Shown here in pieces: positions 29,969-38,400 of a stretch of 64,000 nucleotides of DNA. The notes beneath the pieces are model-generated. The model was not told the DNA's origin. It searched no databases and saw only the letters and a list, made by a program, of their open reading frames with translations. Where the stretch lies: NCBI GenBank assembly GCA_039797825.1, contig JBDKHF010000031.1:31814-95813 (forward strand), in the 5' to 3' direction. Numbering within the stretch: the first letter of the stretch is position 1; every line of letters begins with the position of its first letter. The DNA is from Pseudomonadota bacterium (GTDB lineage: Bacteria > Pseudomonadota > Gammaproteobacteria > Burkholderiales > Rhodocyclaceae). The position numbers were made by a program, and so were the translations under genes.

Positions 29969-30190
29969 CCCACCAACCGGATGACACTTGCCATGCCGCA
30001 AGATATATCATCCAATCCAAGCGACATATATCTACTCGATCCGCAAGCTATAATCCTGCGAATGGTTTTGGTCTCGAACCCGATCCAGCAGCTTCGGCGC
30101 AGCACCGACACAAAGAGAAGAATTGAATTACCACACAGGCGCCACTCTTAACGTTGGACCCAATGCATTACTCACTCACCGGAGAATCAA

Positions 30191-30457
30191 ATGTCACCTG
30201 ATGAAAAACTTGCACACTCGCTGAAGGTTAAATTTGGCACAGCGCCGGGGGAGCCGTCTGATGCGCAACTGTTACAGATCAAAAACACCATTCGACAAAT
30301 CCAGTCAAGCGGAAAAGCACCAATTGAACAAGATTGGCTCAAAGCTGTAACCATGCACTGCCCCAGCACGGGCCAATACAGATACGCCGGAATTGACAAT
30401 TCCGATTTGAACACGCTACTTGCATTGGCTATCCAAGTAGCAAACAAAAGGGGGTAA
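30191..30457 (+). CDS. hypothetical small protein (paralog 1 of tandem pair)
   Basis: 88 aa with a GGAGA SD 6 nt upstream. Shares P(S/T)..QL.QI, CP(S/N)T and the C-terminal GIDNSDL.TL.A.AIQVAN..G motif with the next ORF. No family recognised. Confidence 0.6.
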   Translation: MSPDEKLAHSLKVKFGTAPGEPSDAQLLQIKNTIRQIQSSGKAPIEQDWLKAVTMHCPSTGQYRYAGIDNSDLNTLLALAIQVANKRG

Positions 30458-30460
30458 CTG

Positions 30461-30715
30461 ATGGAACAACTATCAAAACTCAAGAGCTCTCTTGAGGATA
30501 CGTGTTCAATTGTCGCGTGGAATCCCACATCGTCGCAGTTACAGCAGATTGCAAAGCTATTGGTTAAATCCAACACAATCGAAAAAAGCGATGTCGATAG
30601 CATCGTTGCCGGCGTCTGTCCAAACACGAAATTTATCGCAATGGAGGGTATCGATAACTCGGACCTCAGAACGTTAATTGCAATAGCTATTCAGGTTGCT
30701 AACGCAAAAGGCTAA
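30461..30715 (+). CDS. hypothetical small protein (paralog 2 of tandem pair)
   Basis: 84 aa with an AGGGGG SD. Starts 3 nt after the paralog 1 stop. Same conserved motifs, encoded largely by different codons. Confidence 0.6.
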   Translation: MEQLSKLKSSLEDTCSIVAWNPTSSQLQQIAKLLVKSNTIEKSDVDSIVAGVCPNTKFIAMEGIDNSDLRTLIAIAIQVANAKG

Positions 30716-30718
30716 ACA

Positions 30719-31516
30719 ATGCATCGAACAAATGAGCAAGACGTAGTAAACGCGAAAGCAAAACTGGCGAATCTCAAAACAGAGTATTTGAAGGCTGTTG
30801 GACAGTACATTTCCCACGACAAGCTGGATCAACAAAGTAGCTTAAATGCAGTTCTTAATTGTCAGCAGGCTGGAGCAAGCTACTTTAATTTTGTCGAGGA
30901 ATTTGTTGGCAATAGTGATCTTCTTGGCGCGCATGAAAGTGCTTTGTGGGCGCAAGGGTTTGCAGAGGACTGCGCAGAAATCTTGAAATCCATGCCGGCG
31001 CATTTCCAGCTTTTGTCTGCGGGTTTCGCGGGTCTGAATGGCCCCACCATCGATCAGATACGTCCCGGGAGCACAGCATTTGCCAACATGCAACGGATGG
31101 TGATGAAGTATTTGAATCCCACAGAGAGCAATACGATCAAGTCCTCATTTGAACAATCGGGCCTACCGATTTACGGATTTACCAATGAAGCGAGAGAGTT
31201 CATGAGCACGAAGCTCCAAACCATTTTGTCGTTCACCTTTGGTGTTGTCTTTGTAATCGTGCTTCTTGTCATCGCTTTCGTTCAGCCTCAGCCGAGCAGT
31301 TTTCAATACTCAGTTTTCAGAACAGTTTTAGCACTGGCCGGAGCGGGAGCTGTAGCTGTGTTTCCCGGATTTATCGAAGTTAAGCTTGGAAACTGGCTCA
31401 GGGCGGGTGGCGCATTGGCAGTATTTGTAGTGCTGTACTTCTGGAATCCCGCATTGCTTGCAAGTGATCCAGACGCATCCAAAAAACCTAACCCGGCAGT
31501 CCACGCTGCGCAATAA
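30719..31516 (+). CDS. hypothetical membrane protein (soluble N-terminal domain of about 165 aa plus three C-terminal TM helices)
   Basis: 265 aa, starts 3 nt after the previous stop. Hydrophobic segments ILSFTFGVVFVIVLLVIAFV, VFRTVLALAGAGAVAVFPGFI and LRAGGALAVFVVLYFWNPALL. No family recognised. Confidence 0.6.
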   Translation: MHRTNEQDVVNAKAKLANLKTEYLKAVGQYISHDKLDQQSSLNAVLNCQQAGASYFNFVEEFVGNSDLLGAHESALWAQGFAEDCAEILKSMPAHFQLLSAGFAGLNGPTIDQIRPGSTAFANMQRMVMKYLNPTESNTIKSSFEQSGLPIYGFTNEAREFMSTKLQTILSFTFGVVFVIVLLVIAFVQPQPSSFQYSVFRTVLALAGAGAVAVFPGFIEVKLGNWLRAGGALAVFVVLYFWNPALLASDPDASKKPNPAVHAAQ

Positions 31517-31557
31517 AGCCACGTAGCACCGGTTCCTTCTACGTTACCCAACTAAAA

Positions 31558-31920
31558 ATGAGACCGAATATGTATCGTGGCCAGAAAAATCTCGAAGAAT
31601 TCCACCCCGCAAAAAAATTAAATCACAAAATTTTCAACAATTTATTTGAGGCTTTGAAATTGAAGCACCCAGAAGATTTGACGCCAAGGTATCTGTCAAA
31701 TCTTTCTGCGTCGCAACTGCTTTCCGTAGAGTTAACATTGGTCGCAATTTCGGAGGGGCAGGAATGGCTTGTCGAACATGGGACATCTCTAAAACGCAAG
31801 CCTCCGCAAACACCTGAAGAAATGCAGGCTGTAAAGCGGGCCATTGGGATTCTGGATGCTTATCAATTTGATGTTTCTATTATTCGGCAGCAACTCGCGT
31901 ACTTAAAAAATGATGGCTAA
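31558..31920 (+). CDS. hypothetical protein
   Basis: 120 aa ORF on the same strand in the most AT-rich stretch of the cassette. No obvious SD (alternative ATG at 31570). No family recognised. Confidence 0.45.
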   Translation: MRPNMYRGQKNLEEFHPAKKLNHKIFNNLFEALKLKHPEDLTPRYLSNLSASQLLSVELTLVAISEGQEWLVEHGTSLKRKPPQTPEEMQAVKRAIGILDAYQFDVSIIRQQLAYLKNDG

Positions 31921-32554
31921 CCCTGCGGCCAACCGGACCTTGAACGTTATGCCTCCTCGTGAGCCCAGCGTGAACGAGACGTTTCCTGAGATGCCCACTC
32001 TTGGGGGTGAGCATTATGTTCACCGCATTCCCAAATGGCTAGTCGCTCTCTTCCGGGTGTCTTTCGTGATCGGAGCTATTGCTCTGGCAGCCATGTCGTT
32101 ACGCGACTGGAGCGAGATGCCGCTGGGCTTTCGTGGACTGGTTTGCATTCTTGTGCCTGCATTTGCGTTCTTTGCCTTCCGCACACCACGAGCAATCAAG
32201 TTTCTCGCCGATGATCGCGGAGTGTTCTTTCCATGCAATGAGCCTCTTGTTGCCGCCACGGGCCGAGAAGGGGCAAATAGATGGCTGTTAGTGCCGTGGA
32301 GCAACATATCAAACGTACGGGTCGCCACGGAAATCGACCACGAAGGTAGTTCAGCTAAGTGTGTCGCCTTCGATGTGAAAATCTCGCCTGACGAGCAAGC
32401 GGAGTTCTTTCAGCACGTTGGCTACCCGAGCGACCGAACACGTAATGGCAGTAATTGCCTGCCTGTCGCCTATAGTGATTTCCCACCAGTTCCCAAAACG
32501 ACTGTGGCGCGCTTGCAGAGCTTGAGCCGGCAGTGCCATGAGCGCGAAGAATAA
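31910..32554 (+). CDS. hypothetical membrane protein (two N-terminal TM helices plus soluble C-terminal domain)
   Basis: 214 aa, overlaps the previous ORF by 11 nt. TM segments WLVALFRVSFVIGAIALAAM and GLVCILVPAFAFFAF. The 2TM-plus-soluble-domain layout resembles bacterial PH-domain membrane proteins, by topology only. Confidence 0.55.
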   Translation: MMANPAANRTLNVMPPREPSVNETFPEMPTLGGEHYVHRIPKWLVALFRVSFVIGAIALAAMSLRDWSEMPLGFRGLVCILVPAFAFFAFRTPRAIKFLADDRGVFFPCNEPLVAATGREGANRWLLVPWSNISNVRVATEIDHEGSSAKCVAFDVKISPDEQAEFFQHVGYPSDRTRNGSNCLPVAYSDFPPVPKTTVARLQSLSRQCHEREE

Positions 32555-32639
32555 CGTTCCAGGGTACCGGCAAGCTGCGCTTGTTCGCCCGCACCAAATT
32601 AACGGGAATGTCGCATCAGGCAAGCAGCCTGACCCGCTT

Positions 32640-33419
32640 TCACTTTTCGACAAAAGCCCGTTCGATCACGTAGTCACCCAATTCGCCGGTGTGATGGCGC
32701 GCCACCTTGAAGCCGCGTGCATCTAGCAAGGCTGCCGTATCCTTCAGCATTTCCGGGCTGCCGCAGATCATTGCGCGATCATGCTCAGGATCGAGTGGCA
32801 ATTGGCCGATGTCGGCAAAGAGCTTGCCGGAGTCGATCAGATCAGTCAGCCGGCCTTCGTTGCGGAAAGCCTCACGGGTCACTGTCGGGTAATAGATCAA
32901 CTGTTTGCGCGCCAATTCGCCGAAGTACTCGTGGCTGGCCAGTTCGTGCTCGATGTAGTCGTGATAAGCCAGTTCGTTGGTCCAGCGCACACCGTGAATG
33001 AGGATGATTTTCTCGAAGCGCTCGTAGGTTTCCGGGTCGTGGATCAGGCTCATGAACGGCGCCAGGCCGGTGCCGGTGGCAAAGAGGAAAAGACGTTTAC
33101 CCGGTTTCAGGTCATGCAGCACCAGCGTACCGGTCGGCTTTTTGCTGACGATGATCGGGTCACCCGGCTGCAAATGCTGCAGCCGTGAAGTCAGCGGGCC
33201 ATTCGGCACCTTGATGCTGAAAAATTCCAGATGCTCCTCATGGTTGGCGCTGGCGATACTGTAAGCGCGGGTCAGTGGACGGCCATCGACTTCCAACCCG
33301 ATCATCACGAACTGGCCATTGATGAAGCGCAAACCGGCGTCGCGCGTGGTACGGAATGAAAATAGCGTGTCATTCCAGTGATTAACCGAGAGAACGGTTT
33401 CGGTGCTGAGCTTGCTCAT
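32640..33419 (-). CDS. fpr: ferredoxin-NADP+ reductase
   Basis: 259 aa from ATG 33419 (MSKLSTETV...). FAD motif RAYSIAS and NADP motif LFLFATGTGLAPF. Confidence 0.9.
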   Translation of the reverse strand: MSKLSTETVLSVNHWNDTLFSFRTTRDAGLRFINGQFVMIGLEVDGRPLTRAYSIASANHEEHLEFFSIKVPNGPLTSRLQHLQPGDPIIVSKKPTGTLVLHDLKPGKRLFLFATGTGLAPFMSLIHDPETYERFEKIILIHGVRWTNELAYHDYIEHELASHEYFGELARKQLIYYPTVTREAFRNEGRLTDLIDSGKLFADIGQLPLDPEHDRAMICGSPEMLKDTAALLDARGFKVARHHTGELGDYVIERAFVEK

Positions 33420-33479
33420 GCTTGTAACTCCTATGCCTGCTTGGACTGAAAGCGATGATAGGCGTTGCACATTAGAAAC

Positions 33480-33507
33480 ATAAGCGGATAATTTCGCTAT
33501 CCGTTAT
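33480..33507. promoter_or_regulatory. imperfect palindrome in the fpr/LysR divergent intergenic region (candidate LysR-type binding site)
   Basis: ATAAGCGGATA (33480-33490), 7-nt spacer, TATCCGTTAT (33498-33507). The arms are near-complementary (one base missing), with A/T-rich ends as in LysR T-N11-A-type boxes. Confidence 0.35.
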
Positions 33508-33520
33508 TGACCAAGCCGAT

Positions 33521-34432
33521 ATGCGACTCACCCTGCGTCAACTCGAAGTCTTTGCCGCCATCGCCCGTACCGATAATGTTTCGCGTGCCGCCGAAGGCTT
33601 AAGCATGTCGCAATCAGCGGCGAGCAGCGCCTTGGTTGAACTGGAACGCCAATTCGATTGCCCGCTGTTTGACCGCATCGGCAAATCCCTGCGCCTCAAC
33701 AGTACCGGGCGCGGTTTACTGCCACAGGTTGAGGACTTGTTGGCCAAAGCCGGCGAAATCGAAGGCTTTTTAGCCGGTGGCAAATTGGGCCCGCTGGCAG
33801 TTGGCGCCACGCTGACCATCGGCAATTATCTGGCCACCTTAATCGTCGCCGAATACCTGCAGCGCTATCCGGAATCACGCGTTGACCTGAAGGTGTCGAA
33901 TACACGGCACGTACTCGACGGCCTGATTCGCTGCGAACTCGATGTCGGCCTGATCGAAGGCGAAGCCAATGACCCGGATTTGCTGATTGAACCCTGGCTG
34001 GCTGACGAACTGGTGGTTTTCTGCGCGCCACAACACAAGCTGGCGCAGGTCGCCCAGGTCAGCAATCAACAACTGGCGGAGGAAGCGTGGATTTTGCGCG
34101 AACGCGGCTCAGGCACGCGCGCCCTCTTCGACCGTGTTGTTGCCCCAACGTTTGAGCAGGTCAATATCCAGTTGCAACTGGAACACACCGAGGCGATCAA
34201 GCGCGTCGTTGAAGCCGGCCTCGGCCTTTCCTGTCTGTCACGGGTTGCGCTGCGCGATGCCTTCCGGCGCGGCAGCCTGGTCGAGATCAAGACCCCTCAA
34301 TTCAATCTGCAACGTCATTTTTATTTTGTGCAACATCGCCAACGCCATATCAGCCCGGCCAGCCGAACCTTTCTGGCACTTTGCCGCGAACTGGGTAACG
34401 CGGCTGAAATCCGCCTGCCTTTCGTTCCCTGA
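33521..34432 (+). CDS. LysR-family transcriptional regulator (FinR-like by position)
   Basis: N-terminal HTH (LEVFAAIARTDNVSRAAEGLSMSQSAASSALVELE) plus a LysR substrate-binding domain. Divergent from fpr. Confidence 0.88.
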   Translation: MRLTLRQLEVFAAIARTDNVSRAAEGLSMSQSAASSALVELERQFDCPLFDRIGKSLRLNSTGRGLLPQVEDLLAKAGEIEGFLAGGKLGPLAVGATLTIGNYLATLIVAEYLQRYPESRVDLKVSNTRHVLDGLIRCELDVGLIEGEANDPDLLIEPWLADELVVFCAPQHKLAQVAQVSNQQLAEEAWILRERGSGTRALFDRVVAPTFEQVNIQLQLEHTEAIKRVVEAGLGLSCLSRVALRDAFRRGSLVEIKTPQFNLQRHFYFVQHRQRHISPASRTFLALCRELGNAAEIRLPFVP

Positions 34433-34469
34433 GTTGCCTCAATATATGAATCAGCGTATGCTTATATAC

Positions 34470-35468
34470 ATGAAAACAAAACTAATTTTTGGTCTTTTTT
34501 TCGCGTTGACCGCGACCGTTGCGTACGCAGAGCCAAGCGTTCAGGCGCCGCAACTGCCAACAATTACCGTGCAACCGCACCCGGTCGACCTCACCTTCCC
34601 TGCCGAATCACTGGTTGAAGCGGTACAGCAGACCACCGTTGGCGCGCAGATTGCCGGTCGTGTGCTGGAAGTCAAAGCCGATGCCGGACAAAGCGTCAAA
34701 AAAGGTGAGTTATTGATGCGCATTGATGCGCGTGAAGCCGCCGAAGCCGCCCGTAGCGCCGAAGCGCAATACATCAATGCCAAGGCCAATTTCGACCGTA
34801 GCAAAAGCCTGAAAGATCAGAAATTTCTCAGCCAGGCCGCTGTCGACAAGGCACGGGCTGATCTCGATGCTGCCTCGGCCAACCGTTCAGCCGCTGGTGC
34901 CAGCCAAAGCCACGCCAATATTCTGGCGCCGATCAGCGGCATGATCGCCCGCCGCCACGCCGAACTCGGCGATATGGCAACGCCCGGCAAACCCCTATTC
35001 ACTCTCTACGAACCGGGTGGCCTGCGTGTCACGGCCAGCATTCCGCAATACCGGCTCAAGGAAATGCGTAACGTGACGACGGCGCGCGTTGAATTTCCCG
35101 AACTCGGCAAATGGGTGACGGCAACTGCGGTGACTGTGCTGCCGACCGCCGATGCCGCCACCCACGTTTCGCAAGTCCGCGTTTCATTGCCGCCGGTGCC
35201 TGAAGCAACGCCTGGCATGTTTGCCCGCGTCCATTTTGTGCTCGGTCAGGCAAGCAAGATGACCGTGCCGGCCAGCGCCGTCGTCCGGCGCGGCGAAGTG
35301 GCGGCGGTTTATGTAACGACTGCCGACAACCGCACCAGCCTGCGCCAGTTGCGCCTTGGCGAAGCCGTCGGTGTCGGCGAGATTGAAGTGCTGGCCGGCC
35401 TGTCCAGCGGCGACAAGGTAGTCACCGAGCCGGTCAAAGCCGGCATGCAACTGAAATCGGCCAAGTAA
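34470..35468 (+). CDS. efflux RND transporter periplasmic adaptor subunit (MFP)
   Basis: 332 aa from ATG 34470 (MKTKLIFGLFFALTATVAYA signal peptide), with coiled-coil and barrel-sandwich pattern. The 493-aa track ORF is an artefactual upstream extension into the LysR gene. Confidence 0.85.
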   Translation: MKTKLIFGLFFALTATVAYAEPSVQAPQLPTITVQPHPVDLTFPAESLVEAVQQTTVGAQIAGRVLEVKADAGQSVKKGELLMRIDAREAAEAARSAEAQYINAKANFDRSKSLKDQKFLSQAAVDKARADLDAASANRSAAGASQSHANILAPISGMIARRHAELGDMATPGKPLFTLYEPGGLRVTASIPQYRLKEMRNVTTARVEFPELGKWVTATAVTVLPTADAATHVSQVRVSLPPVPEATPGMFARVHFVLGQASKMTVPASAVVRRGEVAAVYVTTADNRTSLRQLRLGEAVGVGEIEVLAGLSSGDKVVTEPVKAGMQLKSAK

Positions 35469-35471
35469 GCG

Positions 35472-38400
35472 ATGAGCAACAACGGTCAGTTAGGAATATC
35501 CGGACGCATTGCCGCCGCATTTCAGGCATCGCGGATGACGCCGCTGCTGGCGCTGGTCGCCCTGCTGCTCGGCATTTTCGCCACGCTGATCACACCGCGT
35601 GAAGAAGAGCCGCAAATCGACGTGACGATGGCCGACGTGCTGATCGCCTTCCCCGGCGCTTCGGCCAAGGACGTCGAAAATCTCGTCGCGCGCCCCGCCG
35701 AGCAGGTGCTGTCGCGCATGCATGGCGTCGAACATGTTTACTCCATGTCGCGCCCCGGCATGGCGGTAGTCACCGTGCAATTCGATGTTGGCGTCAAATA
35801 CAACGATGCCGTGTTGCGCCTCTACGACACCGTGCATTCGCACCGCGACTGGCTGCCGCCCAATCTCGGCGTCCAGGAGCCGGTGATCAAGCCGCGCGGG
35901 ATTGACGATGTGCCGATTGTTGCGCTGACTTTCTGGACCAAGGACCCGGCGCGCTCGGCTTTCGAGATGCAGCAAGTCTCGCGTGCCGTTGAAATCGAGC
36001 TGAAACGGATCAAGGGGACGCGCGACATTTCGACCATCGGTGGGCCGGACCACGTGATTCGCGTTGAAATCGACAGCGAGCGGATGAACGCCTTTGGCCT
36101 GACGCCGCAGGATATTGCCGGCGCGCTCAAGGTGTCGAACGCCCAGCAATCCTCCGGCAGCCTGACCGCCGGCAATCGTGAAATTCTGGTCCAGACCGGC
36201 ACCTATCTCGAATCCGCCGCCGATGTTAGACAACTGGTCGTTGCTGTGCGCGGCGAAGCCGGCAGCCGCAAACCGATTTTCATGAGCGATGTCGCCAAGG
36301 TTGAAGACGGGCCTGACCAGCCGAAGAATTACGTCTGGTTTGGCAGCAAGGAAGGCGAATTCCCCGCCGTCACCCTGCAGTTATCGAAGCAACCGGGCGT
36401 CAATGCCGCAGATGTGGCCAATGCGGCGGTCGACCGGATAAATCGACTAAAAAATACGGTGATCCCGGACGGCGTTGAAGTCACCGTCACGCGCAACTAC
36501 GGCGCCACGGCGACCGAAAAGGCGCAGAAACTGATCGGCAAACTGGTCTTCGCCACCGCTTTTGTCGTGCTGCTGGTTTTCTTTGCGCTGGGCCGGCGCG
36601 AGGCGGTGATCGTTGGCGTCGCCGTCACCCTGACTCTCGCCGCAACACTGTTTGCCTCCTGGGCCTGGGGCTTCACCCTCAACCGGGTTTCGCTCTTTGC
36701 GCTGATTTTCTCAATTGGCATTCTGGTCGATGACGCGATTGTCGTGGTCGAGAATATTCACCGTTGGCAAGGCCTGCATCCCGAGAAGGGGCTGCTCGAA
36801 ATCATCCCGCCGGCGGTTGATGAAGTGGGTGGGCCGACCATTCTGGCGACGCTGACCGTGATCGCCGCCCTGCTGCCGATGGCTTTCGTCAGCGGCCTGA
36901 TGGGGCCGTACATGAGCCCGATCCCGATCAACTCCTCAATGGGCATGGCAATTTCACTGGCGGTGGCTTTTATCGTGACGCCGTGGCTGGCGCTCAAGCT
37001 GATGAAGCCGCACGGCAGCCCCTCTCCCCGGCCCTCTCCCCAAGAGGGCGAGGGAGAACACCATTCGCTCCCCTCCCCCGCCACCGGGGGAGGGGCTGGG
37101 GGAGAGGGCCGCAGTCGCCTCGACGCCAAACTCGACAGCACCTTCCGCAAGCTCCTGACGCCTTTCCTCGACCCACTCAAAGGCGGCGCGGCGCGGATCA
37201 AGCTGGCCATTGCCATCGTTCTGCTCATACTCGGTTCAGTGTCGCTGGCTTATTTCCAGCTTGTTGTCCTCAAGATGCTGCCGCTCGACAACAAGAGTGA
37301 ATTCCAGGTCATCCTCGACATGCCGGTCGGTACGCCAGTTGAAGAAACCGCCCGCGTGTTGCATGAAATCGGTGCCGAGCTGGCGAAAAATGAGGATGTG
37401 ACCAATTACCAAGCCTATGCCGGCAGCGCCAGCCCGATCAATTTCAACGGTCTGGTCCGTCAGTATTACCTGCGTGCTGCGCCGGAAAAGGGCGATGTGC
37501 AAGTCAATTTGGCCGACAAACATGATCGCAGCCGGAGCAGCCACGAAATTGCCGGTGCCGTGCGTGAGCGTATCGAAGAGATTGGCAAGAAGAACGGTGG
37601 CAATGCCAAGGTGGTTGAAGTGCCGCCCGGCCCGCCGGTGATGTCGCCGATCGTTGCCGAAATCTACGGCCCCGATTACAAGGGCCAGATTAGCGTTGGC
37701 AAGCAGGTGCGCGGCGTTTTCGAGAAGACTAAAGACCTGGTTGCGGTCGACGACTATATCGATGCCGATTCTCGTAAAACCGTTCTGCACGTTCTGCAAA
37801 GCAAGGCCGCACTACTTGGCGTGGCGCAGAGCGACATTGTTGAAGTGGTCAGCATGGGCCTCGCCGGACAAGATGTCACGCCGGCACGTAACGCGGACTC
37901 CAAGTTTGAAATCCCGGTGCGCATCACGCTACCCGCCGAGAAACAGTCCAATCTCGATGCTCTGCTCAAGCTCCGCGTGCGTTCGCGTGACGGCCAGCTG
38001 GTGCCGGTTTCCGAACTGGTTGAAGTCCGCGATCAGGCACGCGAAAAGGCCATCTATCACAAGGATCTGCTGCCGGTGGTCTATGTCGTCGGCGACATGG
38101 GCGGCAAGCTCGATTCACCGCTTTACGGCATGTTCGACGTCCGTTCGCAAATCAACGGCATGGCGCTCAAGGAAGGCGGCACGCTGGGCGAGTGGTTCAT
38201 CCACCAGCCCAACGACCCCTACGCCGAATACAGCGTCAAATGGGATGGCGAATGGAAAGTCACCTACGAGACTTTCCGCGACATGGGCATTGCCTATGGT
38301 GTCGGCCTGATCCTGATCTACCTGCTGGTCGTCGCCCACTTCGGTTCATATCTGGTGCCGCTGATCATCATGGCGCCAATCCCGCTGACCATCATCGGCG

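Noticed and set aside
30058-30090. tRNA-fragment-like sequence (GGTCTCGAACCCGATCCA) that could mark an att site at the left edge of the low-G+C cassette
   Set aside because: The flanking bases do not form a T-stem or acceptor stem on either strand. No matching direct repeat occurs at the right junction, and there is no full tRNA gene in the window.
33987-34469. N-terminal 161-codon extension of the adaptor-subunit ORF (track version 33987-35468)
   Set aside because: It overlaps the 3' half of the LysR gene in another frame and is Arg/Ser/Cys-rich. A signal-peptide-bearing start at ATG 34470 fits the MFP family. The extensions at 41119-41280 and 56766-57005 were rejected for the same reason.
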